From assembly GCA_021157605.1 (NCBI GenBank), contig JAGGWG010000020.1:1110-65109 (forward strand): 64,000 nucleotides of DNA, written 5' to 3'. A program made the position numbers and the translations under genes. Below are positions 57,391 to 64,000 of this stretch, piece after piece. The DNA is from a bacterium (lineage in GTDB: Bacteria > Patescibacteriota > UBA1384 > JAGGWG01). Position 1 is the first letter of the stretch, and every line of letters starts with the position of its first letter. The notes beneath the pieces were generated by a model. It was not told the origin of the DNA. It made no database searches and worked only from the letters and a program-made list of their open reading frames with translations.

Positions 57391-58861
57391 ATTTAAATTT
57401 AGCTATCTGTTCTTTAACTAATTTTTTGAACTTTCTGCCTCTCTCCCGATAGTCTTTAAACTCACCAAAACTCTCGCAAGCAGGCGAAAGAAGCACTACT
57501 TCCCCACCATCAAGAAGAGAAAAAACTTTTCTTAATGCTTCCTCTAAAGAGGAGCATTTTTTTACTAAAACTTTACTATTGCCCATTTCTAACCAAAGTT
57601 TAGCTATCTGCTCTTTAGCTTCACCGATTAAAAACAAAGCCTTAACTTCTCTGGCTACTACTTTTAACCAATCAGCAAAATCATTAGGATTTGGTTTGGA
57701 CTTGCCGCCAGCAATAACAATTTTTTTCCTGCCCGGAAAGGCCTCAATTGCCGCCGCCGCTGCCTCCGGATTTGTAGCTTGGGAATCGTTATAAAACTCT
57801 ACTCCACGCCACTTAGCTATTAGCTCTAAACGATGTTTTAATCCTTTAAAACTCTGCAAACCTTTTCTTATCTTTTCTATTGGCGCCCCTACTCTTTTAG
57901 CCACCAAACTGGCAGCTAAAGCATTTAAAACATTGTGTCTGCCCGGTATAAGAAGCTCTTCCTTTCTAATAATCTCTTCTTTTTTGCCAAAATAAAAATA
58001 CAATGTCTCTTTATCTAAAAAAGCACCTTTTTTCTTAACCGGTTTTAGACCAAACCAATAAACATCAGCTGGTGTAGCAGAAGCAAAACTGCGTAAATAG
58101 TGATTTTCATAATTAAGCACAGCCAAGGAAAAAGGCTTCTGATAACGCACTAGGTTCTTTTTAACTTCAACATATTCAGAAAAAGAAGCATGGTCATCAA
58201 GATGGGTCGGCGAAACAGTAGTCAAAACAGCGATATCAGGTGAATGTTTCAAACCAATAAGTTGGCGATTAGAAATCTCCAAAATAAGTATGTCTTTTTT
58301 GTTGGCTTCTTCAATCTTATCTAAAACCGGTGGATTATTTCTGTCATTTCCTGAAAGCCAAACTTTTCTTTGCGGCAGATTTTTTAAAAGATGGTATATA
58401 AGAGCTGAGGTTGTTGATTTGCCCGAACTGCCGCTAATGCCAATAATTAAACCCTTAAAAAGAAGAAAATAAAGCTCTGTAAGCTGCATAAATTTAACCT
58501 TGCCTTCTACTCTATGCAGAGATTCGTTTTGGGGGTATCTAAACCAAGATTGGGGAACAAAAACAATATCAGCTTTATTGACACCCTCAAGATATCTTTT
58601 TCGCAAACGCAACCCCTCTTTCTCTGCTAAAATCTCCTGCCAAATATCTTTTTTCTCTTTGGTTGTTAAATAATCATGAAAAGAAAAAAAGTTTTCTTTT
58701 AAAGCTGTTAAATTAGGGGAAAAATCATGCAAGATAGCCCTGATTTGGTGTTTTTTCAACCACCTGAAAATCGCCAACCCCTCCATCCCGGAAATACCAA
58801 CTATATGGATTTTTTTGTTTTTGAGAAAATCAAGAGACATTCTAAAAAAAAGATACCACAA
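57377..58861 (-). CDS. murD: UDP-N-acetylmuramoylalanine--D-glutamate ligase
   Basis: Mur ligase P-loop GISGSSGKSTTSALI and the MurD-specific NDSQATN (NDSKATN-type) motif; located between mraY and ftsW. Confidence 0.75.
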   Translation of the reverse strand: MWYLFFRMSLDFLKNKKIHIVGISGMEGLAIFRWLKKHQIRAILHDFSPNLTALKENFFSFHDYLTTKEKKDIWQEILAEKEGLRLRKRYLEGVNKADIVFVPQSWFRYPQNESLHRVEGKVKFMQLTELYFLLFKGLIIGISGSSGKSTTSALIYHLLKNLPQRKVWLSGNDRNNPPVLDKIEEANKKDILILEISNRQLIGLKHSPDIAVLTTVSPTHLDDHASFSEYVEVKKNLVRYQKPFSLAVLNYENHYLRSFASATPADVYWFGLKPVKKKGAFLDKETLYFYFGKKEEIIRKEELLIPGRHNVLNALAASLVAKRVGAPIEKIRKGLQSFKGLKHRLELIAKWRGVEFYNDSQATNPEAAAAAIEAFPGRKKIVIAGGKSKPNPNDFADWLKVVAREVKALFLIGEAKEQIAKLWLEMGNSKVLVKKCSSLEEALRKVFSLLDGGEVVLLSPACESFGEFKDYRERGRKFKKLVKEQIAKFKYGKV

Positions 58862-58888
58862 ATAAGCCTAAAAACAAAGGTTATTTGT

Positions 58889-59575
58889 TTACTCTATAGT
58901 GCCTGTAATTCTCCACTCTGAAGGATGAAAAGTACCTGCTGCTGTATGACAAGGGCACCAATTCCCCATGTCTTCTATGGAATGATAACATATTTTATAA
59001 TATGCTCCAACTACCCAACCATAAGAACCATAAGAGTTGATACTATTATAGCAAAAAAAACTTTTAAAGCCTAAATCTTTAAAAAGAGACAAGCCTCTTA
59101 TGCTAAAATTAAAAATACCTTTATAATAATAAGGAGGCGGTGCCTCTGGGTCTACATTTTGATCAGGATTAGAAATAACAGGAGAAGACTCAAGACTAAT
59201 TTCGGTAAAGGAACCTTGACCATTCTTGGCAGCATTATAATCACTATAAAGTGGGATACTAGATTGAACCTTAACTAAATCCCATGTCTCCCGGATAGTT
59301 TTACCCCCCATAGTCCCTCGAATTTGCCACTGGGCAGGCCCAATTGAGATTTTGCCTCTTCCCCAATCTTGCACATCAAGCCACTGGCTCACTTTATAGG
59401 TCAAATCATAACTGCTTGCTCCTGCTACTGTTGGCAGCAAAGGCGAACCAATAGTTAAGCCTCCGATCTTAACAGGAGGCAAAAAAAGCAAAAACAAACC
59501 TAAAGCCAAAAAGACAATTCCTCCTGCTAATAACTTCCACTCTTTTTGAAATATGTTTTTGATTTTCATACCCAA
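58889..59575 (-). CDS. Hypothetical exported protein (N-terminal TM anchor, Cys/Trp/Tyr-rich C-terminus) inserted in the dcw cluster
   Basis: TM LLAGGIVFLALGLFLLFL; the C-terminus FFCYNSINSYGSYGWVVGAYYKICYHSIEDMGNWCPCH has no recognised family. Confidence 0.4.
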   Translation of the reverse strand: MGMKIKNIFQKEWKLLAGGIVFLALGLFLLFLPPVKIGGLTIGSPLLPTVAGASSYDLTYKVSQWLDVQDWGRGKISIGPAQWQIRGTMGGKTIRETWDLVKVQSSIPLYSDYNAAKNGQGSFTEISLESSPVISNPDQNVDPEAPPPYYYKGIFNFSIRGLSLFKDLGFKSFFCYNSINSYGSYGWVVGAYYKICYHSIEDMGNWCPCHTAAGTFHPSEWRITGTIE

Positions 59576-59627
59576 ATTTCGTATTTATAATATCAAATTT
59601 TTAAATGCCAAAAAAGTGGATAAAAAA

Positions 59628-59924
59628 TTATTGGGCCACAGGAGGCAAACCACTAGATTCAAAACTATAATCGCAGATATTTTCCTGCAAACAACGTAGT
59701 ATTGCCTGATAACGGGCGTAAAGGGGATGGGTGACAGGGATATCTTTAAGGATTCTTTTAATTTTATAAACCTGCATCACTTTACTCTTCTGCACCCAAG
59801 GAGTATATAGAAAGACTACAGCTAAAAAAAACAACAAACTAACAACAAAAAAAGCAACTATGCCAAAACAATATTTTTTCTTATTTTTTCTCCTTTTTGT
59901 CTGACCAGACTTGATTATTGCCAT
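59628..59924 (-). CDS. Small bitopic membrane protein (~98 aa; basic N-terminus, then TM); possible FtsL/DivIC-like
   Basis: The track ORF (to 59990) overlaps the mraY 3' end. The internal Met at 59924 gives MAIIKSGQTKRRKNKKK followed by the TM IVAFFVVSLLFFLAVVFLY, with no overlap. Confidence 0.35.
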   Translation of the reverse strand: MAIIKSGQTKRRKNKKKYCFGIVAFFVVSLLFFLAVVFLYTPWVQKSKVMQVYKIKRILKDIPVTHPLYARYQAILRCLQENICDYSFESSGLPPVAQ

Positions 59925-59926
59925 CT

Positions 59927-60949
59927 TTACCCTCTCCCAATTAAAGCAAACAAAAGGCCAACTACCGCTGTCACTATGCCTATAACCCAAAACCTCATTG
60001 TCACCTTAACTTCAGCCCAACCTTTAGCCTCAAAGTGATGATGAATCGGAGCGGCAACAAAAATTTTACGTTTAAACACCTTTTTGGAAAAAATCTGCAA
60101 AGCTGAAGAACAAAGCTCAACCAAAAACACAAAAGCAATTATAGGCAATATCACTACTGTGTCTGTAAGCATAGCCATAACTCCCAAAGTGGCTCCCAAA
60201 GATAAAGAGCCTGTATCTCCCATAAAAAATCTGGCTGGATAGATATTAAACCACAAAAAAGCCAGAAGCGCCCCTACTAAAGAAGCATTAAAATAAGCCA
60301 AACCAAACTGACCCTTTAGTAAACAAACAACTACATAAGCCCCAAAAACAAAAGCAGAAAGCCCAGCCGCTAACCCGTCTAAACCGTCAGTGATATTAAC
60401 CGCATTAGCAGCAGAAACTACTACAAAGATAAAGAGAGGAACATACCAAAAACCAAGTTCCACATCCCCTACCCGCGGAATATGAAGGGTATGGAAACCT
60501 AATTTATAAAAAAACCACCATGCCCCTAAAGCGGCAATCAAAAAAAGCCAGATTAACTTTGTCCGGGCTCTAATACCTTTTATTTTGCCTATCCCTCTAA
60601 TATTGGCCCAATCGTCTACAGCCCCTAAAATCCCTACCCCTACCAAAACCGCTAAAGGCAGGTATGTCTGCGAACGACTAAAGTTAAAAAGCAAAGTAAT
60701 AATAGCTACAGTTCCCCAAATTAATACTCCAGCCATAGTTGGGGTATTCCGTTTCAAAGCATGAAGCTTAGCCACAATCGTTGATTTTTCTCCAGTAGCA
60801 GTGTTCTCTCTAATCTGCTTCCAGAATCGGTAACGGTACAAAAGATAAGATACCAAAGGAGTTAAAATAACAGCCAAAATAAAACTGCCTATAGTAAACC
60901 AGCCTGATTTAAATAAGCTCTGCAGATTTAAACTAAAGACCTCTTCCAT
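59927..60949 (-). CDS. mraY: Phospho-N-acetylmuramoyl-pentapeptide transferase
   Basis: NAVNITDGLDGLAAG and 10-TM architecture; 340 aa. Confidence 0.9.
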   Translation of the reverse strand: MEEVFSLNLQSLFKSGWFTIGSFILAVILTPLVSYLLYRYRFWKQIRENTATGEKSTIVAKLHALKRNTPTMAGVLIWGTVAIITLLFNFSRSQTYLPLAVLVGVGILGAVDDWANIRGIGKIKGIRARTKLIWLFLIAALGAWWFFYKLGFHTLHIPRVGDVELGFWYVPLFIFVVVSAANAVNITDGLDGLAAGLSAFVFGAYVVVCLLKGQFGLAYFNASLVGALLAFLWFNIYPARFFMGDTGSLSLGATLGVMAMLTDTVVILPIIAFVFLVELCSSALQIFSKKVFKRKIFVAAPIHHHFEAKGWAEVKVTMRFWVIGIVTAVVGLLFALIGRG

Positions 60950-60983
60950 TTTTCTAAATTTTAGTTTTTAATTTTCCTTTTTT

Positions 60984-62219
60984 CTATCCTTGCCACTCTT
61001 TTTCCTGCCTTACCAACACCTCTTTTGGATTATACTTCTCTGACAAAATCTTAGCAACCGCCTTCTCCAACCTAATGCTCTGCGAGGCTTTAAAGAGAAT
61101 TAAATCATTGGGCTTAATAACACTCTCTAAATTCTTTAACAGATCCTCCACCCTCCGGTAGTAAAAACAAGGCAAACCATCTTGAGCTGCTTTTTTAAAA
61201 GCAGGCTTAATCTCTGGCCCTACAAAAATCACTAAATCAGCAAAAAGAATATGCGGCACTAAACGCAAATGCTCTTTATGTGAAAGACTGCCGAGTTCCT
61301 TCATATCCCCCAAAACCAACACCTTTCTTCCCTGCCACTTAATCTCTTTAATAAAATCTAATGCTGTTTGCACTGAGAGCGGATTAGCGTTGTAGCTTTC
61401 ATCAACAATAAGAGTCTGTTTTTTGCCAGCTAAAATTCTTCCTCTGCCGGGCAAAGGTTTAAAATAAGCAAGATTTCGCAATATCTCAGAAGGCTCCAGC
61501 CCTAAAATTACACCTACAGAAAAAGCAGCTAAAGCAGTATAAACAAAGTGCTTACCAGCCGCTTCAATCTCTAAAGAATAAGACCGCCCTTTGTATTGAA
61601 TCTTAAAACTCAGCTTTTCGTTTCTGATATTTATGTCAAAAGCCCAGACATCAGCCTTTTTATCCAAACCATAATAAAGAACCTGGCAAGGCGACCTTAA
61701 ACCCAATTCCCTAAGGACCTCGTCGTCGTAATTCAAAACCGCCCACTCTTTTGATCGCAAAACTTTTATCAAAGTGCTCTTTTCTTCAATCAGCTTATCC
61801 ATATCTTCAAAAGCTTGAAAGTGAGCCGCTCCAATGCGGGTAAGTACGGCAATATCAGGTTTAGCAATACTTACTAAATACTTTAAATCTCCGGGTTTAT
61901 CAGACCCCATCTCCAAAACCAAAACTTGGGGATATTGGCGCTTAAAAAAACCAAAAAAGGCTTTAATAAACAGCCACTTCCAAAGAAAAATATTCTTTGC
62001 CGGGCTTTTAAAACCTAAAATTGCCAGAGGAACCCCTATTTCATTGTTATAACTTTTAGCCGAAGCCCTTACCCTAAAACCGCTATTTAAAGCCAAACGA
62101 ATCGCTTCTTTGGTAGAGGTTTTGCCCACACTACCGCTAACTGCCACAATTTTAGGCTTAAATTTGCGCAGATACAGGCGGGCAAAAACTTTAAGCCAAA
62201 ATTGAATTACTTTTTTCAT
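60984..62219 (-). CDS. murF: UDP-N-acetylmuramoyl-tripeptide--D-alanyl-D-alanine ligase
   Basis: Mur ligase P-loop AVSGSVGKTSTKEAI and the MurF-type VDESYNANPLS motif; directly upstream of mraY. Confidence 0.7.
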   Translation of the reverse strand: MKKVIQFWLKVFARLYLRKFKPKIVAVSGSVGKTSTKEAIRLALNSGFRVRASAKSYNNEIGVPLAILGFKSPAKNIFLWKWLFIKAFFGFFKRQYPQVLVLEMGSDKPGDLKYLVSIAKPDIAVLTRIGAAHFQAFEDMDKLIEEKSTLIKVLRSKEWAVLNYDDEVLRELGLRSPCQVLYYGLDKKADVWAFDINIRNEKLSFKIQYKGRSYSLEIEAAGKHFVYTALAAFSVGVILGLEPSEILRNLAYFKPLPGRGRILAGKKQTLIVDESYNANPLSVQTALDFIKEIKWQGRKVLVLGDMKELGSLSHKEHLRLVPHILFADLVIFVGPEIKPAFKKAAQDGLPCFYYRRVEDLLKNLESVIKPNDLILFKASQSIRLEKAVAKILSEKYNPKEVLVRQEKEWQG

Positions 62220-62228
62220 TGTTTAAGT

Positions 62229-63959
62229 TTAACCACCCCCTGTTTCCTTTTCTTTTGGTACCTGATAATAATTTATCAAAAATTGGGCCATACGGCGAAA
62301 GGTAGGAGCTGCTGAAAGCGACCCCCAACGGCTTTTAATAGGATAATCTAACTTAACCAAAATAACAAACTGGGGGTCATCAGCCGGAAAAAAACCGGCA
62401 AATGACTGGATAGTTTTATCAGGATAGTACCCTCCCTGGGGTGAAGGAACTTGTGCTGTCCCTGTTTTTCCAGCAATTTTATAGCCATCAATTTTGGCTA
62501 AAACCCCATAACCTTCCTCCACTACTCCTACTAACATATCTTTTAACTTTTCTGCACTCTGCTCAGAAATAACTCTGCCAATTTCTTGGGGACGAATAAC
62601 CTCCTCTTCGCCTTGGGAATTAACTTTTCTCCCTACTACATAAGGCCTCATTAACAAACCTTTGTTGGCAATAGCAGAAAAAACTGATGTTGCCTGCAGG
62701 GGGCTAACAGCTACACCCTGCCCAAAAGCCATTGTTGCCCCCTCAATTTCTTTTAGATGTTTTGGATCTGGCAACTGGGCAAATACTTCGTTAGGCAAAT
62801 CTACACCTAAAGGCAAAGCTAAATGAAAGCGTTCAGTTAAAAACCGAAAAAACTTATCTTTGCCCAATAGCTGTTCTACTTTAACAATCCCCACATTGTC
62901 TGAGAGCTCTAAAACTTGGGTCATAGTAATCTCGCCATGAGCTTTTCTGTCTGAGGTCCAAATTTTATGCCCTTGAACTTCGGTATAGGCACCTAAATTC
63001 ATTTTTGTGTAAGGCTCAACTAAACCTTCTTCTAAAGCGGCAGCCATAGGGATAACTTTAAATATTGAACCCGGCTCAAATAATTTGGAAACCATTGGAT
63101 TATAAAAAACTTCAATACCTTTTTCTTTAGCTTCTTCAGCATAGTTCTCAGGATTAAATCCTGTACTGGCTGCTAAAGCAATGACTGCTCCTGTTTTTGG
63201 GTTAAGAATAATCATCTGTCCTGACTCTGCCCCGTAGGTCTCAACCGCCTCTTTTATAATTTCCTCAGCTTTGTGTTGTACCGGCAACTCAATAGTTAAA
63301 TATAAATCCTTGCCATCTTGTGGAGGTGTCTCCTGGCTAATACTGATATAACGACCATAGACGTCTCTTTCTGCTAAAAACCGTCCTGAATCCCCCTCTA
63401 GCTCCTCATTGTAGTACTGCTCTAAGCCATAATTCCCTTTACCTTCAACATCCACATAACCCAAAACATAAGAAAGAGAGCTGCCATGGGGGTAAAAACG
63501 CACATCTTCAGGCAAAAGATAAACACCCTCAATATGACTTTGAATAATTTTCTTTGCCTCCTGATAGCTCAACCTTCTCTTTAAAGGAGGAATATAGGGC
63601 TTGTTGTTATTTATAGCCTCAAAAACATCTTGAAAATTAAGGCCGCTGCACTCTGCTATTTTTTTAGCTGCTTCTTCCTTATCTTTTATCTGACGAGGAA
63701 CAGCATTAAGGGAAAAAAGCTTCTGGTTTCCAGCCAAAAGAAAAGGCTCTTTTTGGTAAATTGAAGAAGCAAATATCCTGCCTCTATGGGCAGGGATCTC
63801 TTTGGCTAAAAAATGTTGAGACTTAGCCAGAGCTAAATAATAACTGTGTTTTATAACCTGGCGGTTGAAAAGAAAAACCAAAAGGGCAAAGTAAGCAAGC
63901 AGAAGAAAAAATAAAACTATTTTGAGACGCTGAAAATATACTCTCTCTTCATTAGCCAT
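62229..63959 (-). CDS. ftsI: Class B penicillin-binding protein (FtsI/PBP2-like transpeptidase)
   Basis: N-terminal TM, dimerisation domain, transpeptidase motifs SIFK (SxxK), SDN, KTGT (AGKTGTAQV). Confidence 0.85.
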   Translation of the reverse strand: MANEERVYFQRLKIVLFFLLLAYFALLVFLFNRQVIKHSYYLALAKSQHFLAKEIPAHRGRIFASSIYQKEPFLLAGNQKLFSLNAVPRQIKDKEEAAKKIAECSGLNFQDVFEAINNNKPYIPPLKRRLSYQEAKKIIQSHIEGVYLLPEDVRFYPHGSSLSYVLGYVDVEGKGNYGLEQYYNEELEGDSGRFLAERDVYGRYISISQETPPQDGKDLYLTIELPVQHKAEEIIKEAVETYGAESGQMIILNPKTGAVIALAASTGFNPENYAEEAKEKGIEVFYNPMVSKLFEPGSIFKVIPMAAALEEGLVEPYTKMNLGAYTEVQGHKIWTSDRKAHGEITMTQVLELSDNVGIVKVEQLLGKDKFFRFLTERFHLALPLGVDLPNEVFAQLPDPKHLKEIEGATMAFGQGVAVSPLQATSVFSAIANKGLLMRPYVVGRKVNSQGEEEVIRPQEIGRVISEQSAEKLKDMLVGVVEEGYGVLAKIDGYKIAGKTGTAQVPSPQGGYYPDKTIQSFAGFFPADDPQFVILVKLDYPIKSRWGSLSAAPTFRRMAQFLINYYQVPKEKETGGG

Positions 63960-64000
63960 AGTCTTAATCCTTCACTACTGCGTCCACCTGCTCCACCTCT

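Noticed and set aside
57377-58861. Calling this Mur ligase MurC (missing from the cluster) rather than MurD
   Set aside because: An NDSQATN (NDSKATN-type) motif and the position between mraY and ftsW support MurD.
7134-62052. Other embedded opposite-strand ORFs from the track
   Set aside because: The ORFs rejected are 7134-7385, 8036-8374, 9543-9725, 9625-9987, 10155-10739, 10948-11256, 12560-12853, 14490-15140, 16941-17150, 18527-18814, 19023-19706, 23658-23852, 24009-24242, 25615-25926, 25993-26361, 28181-28694, 31507-31785, 32695-32997, 36848-37096, 37335-37655, 39779-40012, 41683-42342, 44439-44723, 45283-45501, 46582-46791, 48160-48729, 49532-49939, 50863-51078, 51583-51765, 57579-57794, 58290-58921 and 61834-62052. 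Each is nested within, or antisense to, a gene with clear family motifs; 37335-37655 and 37373-37627 overlap the tRNA-Leu and tRNA-Tyr genes.
1-64000. CRISPR arrays, rRNA genes, transposases or integrases
   Set aside because: No arrays of regularly spaced direct repeats, no rRNA-like conserved blocks and no DDE or tyrosine-recombinase motifs were seen in any frame.

Overview
This AT-rich, gene-dense 64-kb window uses the standard genetic code: TGA acts as a stop inside several ATGA start/stop overlaps. Many proteins carry Lys/Glu-rich terminal tails, Mfd lacks its N-terminal module and IleS is the eukaryote-like form, which together suggest a reduced-genome bacterium (Candidate Phyla Radiation/Patescibacteria-like; inference only). 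Most genes lie on the minus strand in long co-directional blocks.

Housekeeping content, in window order: secD-secF, an RluA-family pseudouridine synthase, a tRNA-dihydrouridine synthase, cysS, recR, topA, dprA, a short-form mfd, rplK-nusG-secE, rplU, a RodA-like SEDS protein, ileS and an RNase HI. After the pilus locus come rpmG with three minus-strand tRNAs (Trp-CCA, Leu-TAA, Tyr-GTA), a TPR protein, ricT/yaaT-holB, rpmB, a site-2 (M50) protease, argS, tyrS, a class-A PBP, radA and recJ. The window ends with a dcw cell-wall cluster: ftsQ-murB-LCP-murG-ftsW-murD-(two unknown ORFs)-mraY-murF-ftsI.

Accessory content:
- A complete type IV pilus locus at 24.6-37.0 kb: pilB, pilT, pilC, pilD, a major pilin, three minor pseudopilins, PilN/PilO-like proteins, a 739-aa vWA/MIDAS secreted protein and a membrane-anchored CPHC thioredoxin.
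- At 0.3-7.1 kb, a plus-strand three-gene cassette followed by an ~850-bp purine-rich convergent noncoding region with inverted TGCGA motifs, a hairpin and a terminator. The cassette encodes a large Glu/Lys-rich repeat protein, a protein that is only sigma-70 region 4 plus an unknown domain, and a single-TM-anchored VirD4/TraD-like P-loop ATPase. This is the most unusual locus in the window and the best candidate for an undescribed system.

No CRISPR arrays, rRNA, transposases or integrases were recognised.
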